Shown here piece after piece: positions 22,648-33,308 of a DNA stretch of 64,000 nucleotides. The position numbers and the translations under genes were made by a program. Source of the DNA: Porphyridium purpureum (taxonomy: Eukaryota). Where the stretch lies: contig VRMN01000004.1 in NCBI GenBank assembly GCA_008690995.1, positions 868,001 to 932,000 of the forward strand, written 5' to 3'. The notes beneath the pieces are model-generated. The model saw only the letters and a list, made by a program, of their open reading frames with translations. It searched no databases and was not told the DNA's origin. How positions within the stretch are numbered: position 1 is the first letter of the stretch; each line of letters starts with the position of its first letter.

Positions 22648-23577
22648 ATGATTCCGGTTGTCCTGGCTGCGCTGCTACTCGTCGTCGCCCGCGCACGCGT
22701 GCAAGCGCAGTCGTTCAAGTTGTGCGCATATCTTGACGAATTCTGCATCGAACAAGGAACGTGTGCGGTATACAGGAGCAGCTGCCAATCGGCAGCCGGA
22801 GGCTCAACCAATTCAACTTTGTCCTGCTCGACCGGAGAGAATGGCAGCGGCGGAGTGAAAAAGATTGATGCGATTGTCATTAATTACTGGCCGGAACACG
22901 AAAACTGCCCCCGGGATGTGGCGCCTACGTCGAAGCAGTTAGTCACAAACTTCGTCCGGGACGCTTGCGTGGAAGTGAATGGTGGATCATCTTGGGTCAA
23001 AGTGACGGACATTTCGTGCACGCCAAGAGACTGCTTCCCAGCGTTCGCACAGGTGCAGTTGGAGGACGGCTCGCGCAAGGCTATGCACGAGATCAACATT
23101 GGCGACAGGGTCAAGGTGTCTGCCCAAGACGGATACAGCCCGGTCGTTTTTTGGGGTCACAAGGACGCAAATGTCATCGGGAACAATTTTGTGCGCGTGA
23201 CGTTCGAGGATGAGCGCGTGCTGATGCTCACGGCGAACCACCTTGCGTACGTGAACGGCGTGTTGATGCCAGCACGCGACATTCGAACAGGCATGCTGAT
23301 GACGGACGCTCAGTCTGGGCGTGCGATCTTGGTGCAGGCTGTTGAATTTACAATGCTCGCGAAGGGCCTGTATATGCCACACACGGCGCACGGCGACCTG
23401 GTGGTGGACGGGATTGTGCTCTCGTCATACGCTTCAGTTGCGCCGCGCATGGCGCATGCGCTTCTGCTCATCGAGCGTGTCATGCGAGCACTCGGTCTCT
23501 CTGCGCTGGGCAGTCTGCTGGAGCACGAGACCCCATGGCTGCTGGAGCGCGCCATGTTTGCTATGGCATCGGCATAG
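22648..23577 (+). CDS. Secreted Cys-rich protein with C-terminal Hedgehog-type Hint domain
   Basis: Signal peptide; CFPA at 23032, IGDRV, LTANH (TxxH), GLYMPHT.HGDLVVDG.V.SSY. Confidence 0.9.
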   Translation: MIPVVLAALLLVVARARVQAQSFKLCAYLDEFCIEQGTCAVYRSSCQSAAGGSTNSTLSCSTGENGSGGVKKIDAIVINYWPEHENCPRDVAPTSKQLVTNFVRDACVEVNGGSSWVKVTDISCTPRDCFPAFAQVQLEDGSRKAMHEINIGDRVKVSAQDGYSPVVFWGHKDANVIGNNFVRVTFEDERVLMLTANHLAYVNGVLMPARDIRTGMLMTDAQSGRAILVQAVEFTMLAKGLYMPHTAHGDLVVDGIVLSSYASVAPRMAHALLLIERVMRALGLSALGSLLEHETPWLLERAMFAMASA

Positions 23578-24025
23578 AGCATCGGCATGGGATATCGGCG
23601 TAGAGAGCATGGGTAAGCGAGTGCACGGGTGGCCGATGCACGGAAACTCAAAGTGACTGAGGCTTTCATTGTACGCCTTTAAGCACTGGTGTGCGGACTC
23701 CCTTGTACAGTACGTGCATTTCGCTATTTTTCTCGTAAAGACATCTTTTCTCCCATGCGCCCGAGACGGATAGGCTCCTGCATGTCGGTTCCGTTCAAGG
23801 GTTGTCATTGGTTGTGTGCCACACACATTTACTCCTTCCCTTATTTCTCGTAAAGGGATGGCAACAGGCGCAAAGCGTCCTGTCATTTACATAGGCAGGG
23901 GCACTTCCTTGCCGTTGAGCAAGGTCACGCGGAAACACTCCGAAGAACCCCAGACCTACTTTTCAGCTGGTCAGCGACCTGTCGCATGTCAATGTTTCTC
24001 GCAGACAAAAGGGGAGAAGAGAAAA

Positions 24026-26077
24026 ATGAAGCGCGCATTTAAAGAAGATGATGACGGCGAAGTGGCGAGTTCGAAAGCCGGCAACGGAAGTGCACTGGCT
24101 GCGCAGCCCCCATTCGAAGAGCCGGAACTGGGAATGGGCGACACAGAGGCGCACAATGCGGCGTCGTCTCACGAAAACGACATGAATGGTGGTCCCGAGC
24201 AGCCGAGGCCGAAACGCCAAGCGACCACAGGTGCCGGACCGGATGCTGACACAAAATCTTGTATCAATGTTGCGAACGATGTTGACGAATTCACCAAAAA
24301 ACAGACACAGCACGGACAAACGGATGGACAGGGAACTCATTCCGCGTCGAACGACAGTGGTGGCGCTGACAGCGTGTACTCAGGACCACCGAGTCACTGC
24401 TATCGTGAAAATCATGAATGCGGTTCCGAGTCTGGTTTCGAACCTTTGAATTGGTTGATGATCCTGAGCGCATTTCCGGGCCAGTGCGAGCACATTCTCC
24501 AGTTCGAAAAGAGATTGGGCTTGTCTTTCAGCCGTCCGGAACTTCTTTTCGAAGCATTCACGCACCGTTCAGCATTAACCCTTGCCGTCTGGAAAAAGAT
24601 CGCACCATGCGACCGCGTGTCCTACGATATTCTTGAATGTGTCGGAGATTCAGTGCTTCGCACGGTGATCATGGATAACTTGTGCGAGCATGCACGCGAA
24701 TGCGTTGCTCGTTCGGGTACTGCAGACAAGAGGATGTATTTTAATGAAGGGTGGTTGACTCTACAGGCCTCCACATTGACGCGGGCCGAGACTCTCGCTG
24801 GTCTTGCCAAGGAACTCGGTCTTGCTGGTGGCATTATGTTCAATCACGGCTCCGCTATCGACGGCGGAAGCCCTCAATGCCATAGGCACAGTGATAGAAT
24901 CATGGGAGATGTAGTTGAAGCGATCATTGGTGCGCTCTATGTCGACCAAGGCTTTGACCAAACCAAGAGAATTGTAAGTAGGTGGATGAAAGCTCGTGTC
25001 TCCAAGGTTGAACTGGAGAAATCGCAAGACGACGCCAAAAGCCGTATTCTACAAATATTTCAGGCCAAGGGAGCGCAAAATAGCGCACGAGTTTTATGGA
25101 ATACAGAGAAGGTGGCAGGTCCTGACCATTTACCCTTTTTTCAGGCAAGGATACTCGTCGATGGCCGGGAGGTTGCGTCCGCAATAGATACAACCAAAAA
25201 GCAAGCCGAGCAGACTGCATCCATAGCCTTTCTGAAAGCATACTCTTCAGATGCAAAGAAGCCACTGAATGCGCAGCATCCGGTAGCAGCTGGATTTCCT
25301 GCCACGGTTTTGCCTGTGGACAGCCAGCACGCATTTGGGCAACAAAAGCTAGTGCAAGATGATGGGATGCAGCGCCTGTCTGCCGAGCGAGCATCGTTTC
25401 GTTCAGATACAACAGGTTGGCACCCGACCATGTCACCTCATTCTATTGCTTGGTCGGGAGGTTACCATGGTGGAGCTTATACGCACCCGTACGGTGCGAT
25501 GCCGCATGTGTCCGCTGTCCCTTTACACTTCGTGCCAGGTGGCGCGTATGCATCTGCACCTGCTCTGTATGAGCGAAGTCAGTGGATGCCTGCCGTACCC
25601 CTGCTTTACGGTCCGAAAATGAGCCCCGAGTTTTACGATGCGGCTGCATCAGGATATTCCATTCCGGGCATCTCGGACATGATTCCACACGGTCCAATGC
25701 AGCAGGGCCTTGGTCCGCTTGCCATGAGCGGTCTAGAAAGCGCACAAATACCCGTGACCACATCCTTGCACGTTTCACCGCCTGAAGATGAGCCAACTGA
25801 TCGCACGCTAATAGACAAGCTGTGCGAGGGTCGGACACCCATCCAGTATCTGCATGAGACGCTTTTCCAAAAGACTGGCAAGATGATTGACTGGAGATTG
25901 ATTGAAGAGACTGGCGAGGCGCACCGACCCATTTTTGTCATGAGTGGAGAGCTCAGCGGCGTAGAACTTGTTCGAGCTTCTGGACCCAGTAAGAAGGTTG
26001 CCAAAGAGACGGCGGCCCGGGTCCTAATCCAGGAGATCGCACTGCGTGGCATCGAAACCGTGCTACAAAATATTTAA
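24026..26077 (+). CDS. RNase III with one catalytic domain and two dsRNA-binding domains
   Basis: AFTHRS, YDILECVGDSVL, GDVVEAIIGALYVDQG; dsRBD1 GPDHLP.F...KKQAEQ.A; dsRBD2 GEAH.PIF...GPSKKVAKE.AA. Confidence 0.9.
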   Translation: MKRAFKEDDDGEVASSKAGNGSALAAQPPFEEPELGMGDTEAHNAASSHENDMNGGPEQPRPKRQATTGAGPDADTKSCINVANDVDEFTKKQTQHGQTDGQGTHSASNDSGGADSVYSGPPSHCYRENHECGSESGFEPLNWLMILSAFPGQCEHILQFEKRLGLSFSRPELLFEAFTHRSALTLAVWKKIAPCDRVSYDILECVGDSVLRTVIMDNLCEHARECVARSGTADKRMYFNEGWLTLQASTLTRAETLAGLAKELGLAGGIMFNHGSAIDGGSPQCHRHSDRIMGDVVEAIIGALYVDQGFDQTKRIVSRWMKARVSKVELEKSQDDAKSRILQIFQAKGAQNSARVLWNTEKVAGPDHLPFFQARILVDGREVASAIDTTKKQAEQTASIAFLKAYSSDAKKPLNAQHPVAAGFPATVLPVDSQHAFGQQKLVQDDGMQRLSAERASFRSDTTGWHPTMSPHSIAWSGGYHGGAYTHPYGAMPHVSAVPLHFVPGGAYASAPALYERSQWMPAVPLLYGPKMSPEFYDAAASGYSIPGISDMIPHGPMQQGLGPLAMSGLESAQIPVTTSLHVSPPEDEPTDRTLIDKLCEGRTPIQYLHETLFQKTGKMIDWRLIEETGEAHRPIFVMSGELSGVELVRASGPSKKVAKETAARVLIQEIALRGIETVLQNI

Positions 26078-27197
26078 AGCATCTCAACAATCTTCCAAGT
26101 ATCGCCATGCCATTCTCAAAACTTGTATATGACAGAGAGGGCACATCGAACTCCTTTCTTGAGCAAGACACGTTTTCCCTTTGTTGATCCATGTCGCCCC
26201 AGCTTGAAACTGGCAACTCGCTCCTGTATGGCTTCTCATTGCTGCAAAAGCGCGAACTGAGCCTCTGAGTTCAGCGCTAGCAAGGAAGTCCACCAAATCA
26301 AATCTTGAGACAGTTTCGCAGTCCTCCGACTTCAGTACTTGAGGACGGTATCTGTCAACCCGCATTTGTTGGCACCAAGGGTCAAATTAAAACTTGCTTA
26401 TCTGCATCCATTTTGCTGTGCTCGAGAACTTCCCTGTAGCGTAGAACATTCCGCAGGAACCTCGGTGATCCGCTCCCGGCTGAAGGCAGGAATTCTTAGC
26501 GGACCACGAAATCACACTATTCATTCGCTATAAGATCTGAAAAAGCAGGAGGCTTTTCTGTCCCGTTCACGCCCTTGTTAGAAGTCGCAGAATATTGCGA
26601 ACTCATTCAAAAGCTCGGAGAGAATCTTTCCTGCGCAAGGTGGTTGGCGTTTTCGTTTCAAGCAGCCCATGATCGCGAAGGAAACCGTCCTGCAATTTCA
26701 AGATCTTTTTCAAGACTTGAACAGGGCAGAACTCTACAGACCGATTCTTGGCACAATTCTCCAGACTGCTTGCCTGTGCCACGCACGAAGGTACCCAAAC
26801 GCACGCTGTGGCATGGCTATCGCCCGGATATCTCAACCATCATCACATCAAGAGCTTCAAATCGTACTTATCCTCAGAGAGAAATGCGAGCACAGCACGG
26901 TTGGTTGAGAACAGGCCTGTCGCTGGCTCTACGTGTGGGACCATGCTCATTAGGTAGGAATGCGAAAGCAATCCCGCCGGAGCAGACCAAAGTTTGCACC
27001 TCTTCAGAGCCAAACAGCGACACATGGACATGCGAGATTCCTGGTGCTCCACGGGAAAAGATCACAAAATGGAGCCATTTTATTAGAAGTTTTGGAAAGT
27101 GTGGCGTGCGCGGGTCCTGGCACGACGCCCAGCGGAAGAGGGAAGGCGCGAGTCTTGTGAGCGACGAGTGGCCAAAGGAGAGAAGCTTTCACAAAAG

Positions 27198-28526
27198 ATG
27201 CAGCTGTCGATGTACGTTCTTCCTTGGCTCGGACCGCAGTTAGTATCCTGGCGGCCCGAGGCTCGAGAGAGGAGATCCAGTCGCGGGCATGGAAATGCGG
27301 TTTGCATGGCGAAATCGTCGGGGAGAAAGCCCAAGTCCGGGGCAAAGCCGTCGAGGCAGCAGAAGATTTCGGTGAATGGCTTTGGAGGAGGAGGACCTGT
27401 CCGTGGAAGTAGGTCCAAGGAAGTGTCTTCATCTGGTTCGAAGGGGCAAGCTGTCATGGAGCCATTCCGGCTGATCCGAGACCCGAAGATCGATGCGCTA
27501 ATGCGCTGGTTGCAAGCGTCTTCGGCGTCCGCGTCTCGCGTGGGCATCGCGCATTTTGACACATCGGGTGTACGTGGGGTCGTGGCACTGGAACCCATTC
27601 GGCGAGGCGAGGTGATCGTGTCGATTCCAGAGAAGCATGCGCTTCAGCTCGGTGCCACGGCTGGCGAGTTTGCGGCGGATGCCGAGACCAACCCTGGTTA
27701 TGCAGCGGCGGACCTGGTGACGACATTACTGCAGATTCGCCGTCACACAGAGAACCCCAGCGTTCAAAAATACGCGGCGCTACTAGACGCGCTACCCGGG
27801 CAGGAGGATTGCACCACGACAGATTTCTTTCTCGATTCCGAGTTGGAACAGTTGCAGTGGCAGCCTGTGGTCGACGAAACAAAGATGCGGCAGCGTAAAG
27901 TTCGCATAGTCTATGACAAGATGAAGGATTCATACGAGCAGCTGATGGAGACTGAGAAGGACGACGGGTTGGGTGGCGCTGACGCTCGCGCCTTATTGTC
28001 ATATGACTTTTTTAATTGGGCCGTCTTTATTGTGGTCAGTCGTGTGATTGGGATCCACCATCCCCAGGAAGGCATGATGCGTTACCTCATTCCGCTCGTG
28101 GATATGTTCAATCATGATAATCGCAGTGTGCACGAGCTTGCGTTCCAAAAGGGAAACTTTCGAGTGATTGCCGGTCGCGACATTGAAATCGGGGAGCAAA
28201 TCTGCATCAAGTATGGGGGAGGCACACTAAGCAACGATCGGCTTTTACAGGACTATGGCTTTGTTGAGAGCAGTAACATGAACGAACAGCTGATTTCGAG
28301 CCTCACTAAGGAGTGCACGGATAACGGCGAAGCGGCATTGCGTCTCAGGACCATTTTGGATCAGTTCCCGACATCGCTCATCGAAGATACAAAACTGCTC
28401 GCAAGCGAAGAGGATCTAGGTGCCGATCACCGTGATGCACGTCCGCACTTGAAAAAGGCGCTTTTATTTCGTACAAATCTTAAACAGTCCCTCCTGCACC
28501 GCTTATCGCAGCTCGATGTGACTTAA
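27198..28526 (+). CDS. SET-domain protein-lysine methyltransferase (Rubisco-LSMT class)
   Basis: RGVVALEPI..GEVIVSIP, FNWA..IV.SR, LIPLVDMFNH, GEQICIKYG, SNDRLLQDYGFV. Confidence 0.9.
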   Translation: MQLSMYVLPWLGPQLVSWRPEARERRSSRGHGNAVCMAKSSGRKPKSGAKPSRQQKISVNGFGGGGPVRGSRSKEVSSSGSKGQAVMEPFRLIRDPKIDALMRWLQASSASASRVGIAHFDTSGVRGVVALEPIRRGEVIVSIPEKHALQLGATAGEFAADAETNPGYAAADLVTTLLQIRRHTENPSVQKYAALLDALPGQEDCTTTDFFLDSELEQLQWQPVVDETKMRQRKVRIVYDKMKDSYEQLMETEKDDGLGGADARALLSYDFFNWAVFIVVSRVIGIHHPQEGMMRYLIPLVDMFNHDNRSVHELAFQKGNFRVIAGRDIEIGEQICIKYGGGTLSNDRLLQDYGFVESSNMNEQLISSLTKECTDNGEAALRLRTILDQFPTSLIEDTKLLASEEDLGADHRDARPHLKKALLFRTNLKQSLLHRLSQLDVT

Positions 28527-28612
28527 ATTTAATGGCGCCGGGTCTTTGTCTATCTACTTTGCAAAACCTGTGCTTCACTGGTTTTGCCTCGGCTCGGGCT
28601 TCTCTTCTTTGT

Positions 28613-30148
28613 TCATTCATTTGTGAGCTTGGCCAGAAGCGGGTGCTGCTCGCGCTTGAGCTGCGCCAAGAGTTCCTCCAAAAAGATATCCACGAACCCT
28701 TCTCCCGCCGATTCGCCCTCCATTAGCGCTGTGCCCATCCTCGCCATAGCAGTTGACTGCGCAGCATTGTTCGCAATGCGCGGACGCATGCGCGCCAGCG
28801 TGGGCAGCACAACGCGTTGCAAGCCAGGATTTCCCGTGTTGGCAATGGTAGCGACTTTTCTGCGTGCGCGCGAGTCGCCTTTTTGCGCCTCGGCACTGGT
28901 GCCTTTTGACATCGCTGACTTTCCACCTTCCTCGGCCAGTCCACCACTCAGATCGCGACTCTGTGGTGGAATTGACACGGATGCGCTGGAACCCAGTTGT
29001 GCAGCAACGCCATTCACCATATCTTCATCGACGCCACTAGATCCGTCCTGCGCTTGCGCCAGTTGCTGCTGCTGTTGCTCGTGCCGTTGGGCGTCTTCTC
29101 CTTCGGAAACAGAATCTTTCTCTTGGTTTCCTTCCTCGGGCGGTACGCTTAATTTGCCACTATCGGCCCCTTCTTCTTCATCAAAGTCCCACGCAAACTT
29201 TAAAGACTCGGATTTCACTGCGAGCTTTCCTGAGCCACCAAAGTCTGTCATACACGGGCCCTCTGTCCGTTCCGGCGGTCCTAGCGTGCGGACAACTTTG
29301 AGCAGCTCTTGGCGCGTGGCAGCTTCGTCCGCGTGCGCTTTGAAGAACGAGTAGGACAGTAAGCTTTCGGCAGAAGGACGCGCGCGCGGGTCCTTTCTTA
29401 GGCACGCTCCTACAAGTTCCGATAGCTCCGGTCCATAGAGGCGCGGGTCCAGCACTGGAGGATCGTTTCCAGGAATCAAAAACAGTACTTTCATGGGGTG
29501 CAATTGCGAGTGGGGCGGCTTGCCTGTCGCAATTTCGTACAGCGTGATTCCGTACGACCAAATGTCTGCCTTGTGGTCATAATTATTCTGTAGAATCACT
29601 TCGGGTGCCATCCAAAACGGAGAGCCGACCTGCGTGTTGCGCGCCTTCAGCGTGTTGTTTAGCTGCCCCGCCACGCCAAAGTCCGCTAGCTTCACCTCGG
29701 CTGCATCATTGAGAAGCAAGTTAGCGGCCTTGATGTCGCGATGAAGCATTTTTTCTGCGTGAATGTAGCTCAGTCCCTTCAGCACGCCGCGCGCCATTTC
29801 ACAGAACGCGCCAGCGCTAATGAGAGTGTGAACGGGTTGCTGAGTGCTCTTCGTAATGGCCAGCGCACGGTCCAGCAGCTCGCGCACGTTGCCGGCATTC
29901 ATGTACTCCATCACAATCCACAGGTTTGCCTCGTGCATGAACGACGTAAAGCAGCGCACCACGTTGGCGTGCACCAGTGCGCTCATGACACCGATTTCGC
30001 GCTGGATGATCTCGATCTCATCGCGCTGGGCCTCGAGGTCCAGATCCTTCACCGCCACAATCGTCTTGGTCTGCTTATCCAGCGCGCGGTACACCTTGCC
30101 GTACGCTCCGACCCCGGCTACCTCATACCGATGGTAGCGGTCTGCCAT
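28613..30148 (-). CDS. STE20/GCK-family Ser/Thr kinase (MST/STK24-like)
   Basis: G.GAYGKV, VAVK, HRDIKAANLL, DFG, GSPFWMAPE, LHPMKVLFLIP. Confidence 0.95.
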   Translation of the reverse strand: MADRYHRYEVAGVGAYGKVYRALDKQTKTIVAVKDLDLEAQRDEIEIIQREIGVMSALVHANVVRCFTSFMHEANLWIVMEYMNAGNVRELLDRALAITKSTQQPVHTLISAGAFCEMARGVLKGLSYIHAEKMLHRDIKAANLLLNDAAEVKLADFGVAGQLNNTLKARNTQVGSPFWMAPEVILQNNYDHKADIWSYGITLYEIATGKPPHSQLHPMKVLFLIPGNDPPVLDPRLYGPELSELVGACLRKDPRARPSAESLLSYSFFKAHADEAATRQELLKVVRTLGPPERTEGPCMTDFGGSGKLAVKSESLKFAWDFDEEEGADSGKLSVPPEEGNQEKDSVSEGEDAQRHEQQQQQLAQAQDGSSGVDEDMVNGVAAQLGSSASVSIPPQSRDLSGGLAEEGGKSAMSKGTSAEAQKGDSRARRKVATIANTGNPGLQRVVLPTLARMRPRIANNAAQSTAMARMGTALMEGESAGEGFVDIFLEELLAQLKREQHPLLAKLTNE

Positions 30149-30424
30149 CCCTTCCTGCGCGCTGTGCGCGTGCGGGAGCGTCGCGCTCGATCACACGCCG
30201 CCCGCCCTGCTTCGCTGTCGCCACGGGGATGCGGTCAGGACTTGCCGAGCGCCCGTGCCGCTACCCTCCAAGCGACGTCGCGGCCCACACGCACGCAGCG
30301 CGCACTCTCTGTGCGCATCCAGCAGCTTTCACACGCCGCAACGCGATTCCACTCGATCTGCGCCCAAGCCACCCACCCTCCCACTCTCCCCTCTCTCCCA
30401 CTCCCTATCAACCCCAAAAGCACA

Positions 30425-30446
30425 ACACACACACACACACACACAC
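30425..30446. repeat. (AC)11 microsatellite upstream of the kinase
   Basis: Directly visible. Confidence 0.9.
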
Positions 30447-31607
30447 CACGCACACACGAGCACACGTCCAGAAGGTCAACACCTGCTCGTCTCTGTTATC
30501 CACACGACGCCGTGAGTTCCAAGCATATACCCACCAACCCACACGCCCTCTCTCTCTCCCTCTCCCTCCCTCCTATCACTCGCCTTGGTCCCTCCATCAC
30601 GCTCATGATTTTCGTTCGTTTCCACTCACACCGACCAACCCACCCAACCCGACACCGAGAAACCGCGGCGCATCACTGTACCCCGCCCATCCATTTACAC
30701 CGCGCCATTTTCCCCTTGTTTTCAAGCACAGAAATGCGTGTAGGCGGGGGTACAGCGAGTGGCCATGACCACCATGTGCTGCTTCACACACACCGCATGG
30801 AAAACAACACGGTTCACCTGTTGATTCCATCCATCCCGCAACAGCCGACAGCAAATCACCACAACCAATGAAAGCAATGAAAAGCATCCCTGCCAAGGGG
30901 AGGGGGGAGAAGGAAAAAAATTAAAATTTCCGGACTTGGACGCATCCGCGATGCGGTGGTGGGAATCGCGGTGCGCAGTTCGAGTCCCGGCGGCTTGCGT
31001 GGGGGAGGATGCGTGCACAGGCAACGCAGGTGAAGCAGTGGTGTGCGCAGCGCTGGGCAGGCGCACGGCTGAGAGAGAATGGGTTTTGGGAGTGTGTGCT
31101 CAAGTGGGAAGGAAGAGAAGATGCAGAGCTGCCCGCGGCCGCGGAATTAATACGGCGCGCGCGGCTGTCGATGTCGCCGAGCGGCGGATGTTTCTGACGG
31201 CGGCATTTGGAAGCATTGGTGGCGAACATTCACAGAATCAGTTCAGGTTTACATTTCAAGCACTGAACTAGGAACAAAACACTATCGAAGGACATGAAGG
31301 GAAAAAAAGGACATTGCATGCATGGCGCGTCTAGTCGTCCCATGCACGCGCATTGACCGAGTCGCCTGTTCGCGACCTTTGCAGCAACGCGAACTCTCGT
31401 AAATCTGATGCAACTGCTCATCGCGCGGACCAAGTAAGATGGCCTCAGTCCTATTTGAGATCCGCGCATCACGACTCGCGCGCGCTTGAGCATCATTCGC
31501 AGGCAAACAAATAATATCTTCGCAGTCGGTACCGTTGCGATATACAAGAGATGGGCACGGGCTGTCCCTTATTTGCCGCGTGGCGTTCCGGGCGTGGCCG
31601 CGGTTGC

Positions 31608-33308
31608 TCAAGCAAGCTTAAGGGCCGAAGCTTGTGCGAGAATGGCCGTAAATGCCGCCGGACGTTCGCGCTCGAGCAGCATTCCAAGGAGCGACCAGCC
31701 CAGACGAAAAGCTACGCGCTCGACAAGCAGCAAAGCATGCGCTAGGCCAGGGAGAAGTACATCCGTGTAGCAGGAGAACACAACCTGGTTGACAACGATA
31801 CTGCCGTGGCGCGTGTGCGGGTTGTACAAACCTTTCACGAAGCCCGACGGCTGTTCCACCGTCTCAACGCGGAGCCAGCCGTGCGATACGTGTGCCAGCA
31901 AATCCCCATGGCGAACTACGCCGGCTCTTCGCAAACCTTGCTGGGTGGGCACCAGATGCCCAGTGGAAACCGTGATCGCGATTCCACCCTCCAGCTGCAA
32001 GCGAACGAAGCGCTCAGCTGGTACGGCCTGCGGACTCTTGTGCCCCCAAAACACAACCTCGCTGAATTCATTGGCCGATACACGGACACGTGCACCGATC
32101 TGAAGCTCGTCCATGCGCACAAGGCGGCCGTCTTCAAGCTCAACAACGGCATCCGCTGGAAAGCAGGTAGCCTCCGGTTCCGGTATTGGCGTAGGAGAAG
32201 ATGTCGGTGCCGCAGTCGATGTAGGCGTTGAAGAAGTCTGCGACTCCATCCCGTGACCACAGTGGTTGGCCTCGCAGATACGACCCCGATCCTCTAGCCC
32301 TTGCGATGCGAGAAATGCACGCATATAAGTCACTTGCATGTTCTGCGTATTAATAATGTTCCAGAGCAGGTCCACAAATTCTTCGTCAAGTTGTCCAGGC
32401 GCGGCCAAATTGAGAAGCGACTTGGCCATGTTGACTGCATTGAGATGATGCGGAATCATTTGGTCCACAAAAGTAACTCGCTCGTCAGCGCTAATATCTA
32501 CCTGCATTTCCTCGTGCATTGCGCAGTCGAGCGCATTCATGCACTCTCCGAAGACACTGCCGTTCAAATTGCAGAGGAACGTGCGCGTGCCGCATGTGTC
32601 TTGGAAAGGCGCCACGCGGAACGTTCCACACGTCTGATCGAAGGAATCGAGCTCGGCATAATTGTATCCCAAAGGCGGAAGGTCTGCATCTGGCTGTCGC
32701 AGCACATTGTCGTCTGCAATCTTGACGCGAAGACTCATGAAGTCGTGGATGTGACAGAATATGAAGATATCCTCCACAGCGGTTTGCGTCACGTTCAAGC
32801 AGACTTCAAAGTTGCCCCGCTCGGCCCACATCATACGTGGCAGCATGAACGCTGGCTCGTAAACATCAAGCCCAAAGTCCAACACATCCTCCTCGCTGCC
32901 CAGAAACTGGCCGTTCAGAAAATATAAAGGTCGCTGACACGAACTCGTCTCCACACAACTTTCGTCATATGGGTTCACTTCCGGCTCAAGCTCTGGATTC
33001 TCCTTGAGGGCGCCATCAGGAAGGTACCCAAAGCCCAGCGGGTGCATCCAGTTTGAGATATCGTATTGGCGGAAGCAATACATGGTGTTGGCATTCACAA
33101 GCAACGTCGGCTGTACACCTTCGCAGCCGTCGACTGTGAAGTAGCCCGTTTCGCTTGCAAAGGGATTGACCTTGAAGTCAAAGACGCACGTGCCATTCTG
33201 CTCAAAGCAGCTGGCGCGGCACAGTCCGTCTTCATCCGTCGACGCCGCGCTTGCGAGCACGGCCACGTTGAGAATCAGCACAAGCGCAGCAACAATACTT
33301 GCTCCCAT
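31608..33308 (-). CDS. Secreted cupredoxin-like + DUF305/CopM-like + Hint-domain protein
   Basis: Signal peptide; NWMHPLGF and FCHIHDFM (C-x2-H-x2-M); FVDQMIPHHLNAVNMAK; PST linker; CFPA...STGH...GLYNPHT.HGSIVVN.VV.SCY. Confidence 0.85.
   Translation of the reverse strand: MGASIVAALVLILNVAVLASAASTDEDGLCRASCFEQNGTCVFDFKVNPFASETGYFTVDGCEGVQPTLLVNANTMYCFRQYDISNWMHPLGFGYLPDGALKENPELEPEVNPYDESCVETSSCQRPLYFLNGQFLGSEEDVLDFGLDVYEPAFMLPRMMWAERGNFEVCLNVTQTAVEDIFIFCHIHDFMSLRVKIADDNVLRQPDADLPPLGYNYAELDSFDQTCGTFRVAPFQDTCGTRTFLCNLNGSVFGECMNALDCAMHEEMQVDISADERVTFVDQMIPHHLNAVNMAKSLLNLAAPGQLDEEFVDLLWNIINTQNMQVTYMRAFLASQGLEDRGRICEANHCGHGMESQTSSTPTSTAAPTSSPTPIPEPEATCFPADAVVELEDGRLVRMDELQIGARVRVSANEFSEVVFWGHKSPQAVPAERFVRLQLEGGIAITVSTGHLVPTQQGLRRAGVVRHGDLLAHVSHGWLRVETVEQPSGFVKGLYNPHTRHGSIVVNQVVFSCYTDVLLPGLAHALLLVERVAFRLGWSLLGMLLERERPAAFTAILAQASALKLA

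Noticed and set aside
29741..30871. 376-aa plus-strand ORF
   Set aside because: Antisense to the kinase and runs through CA/CT microsatellites
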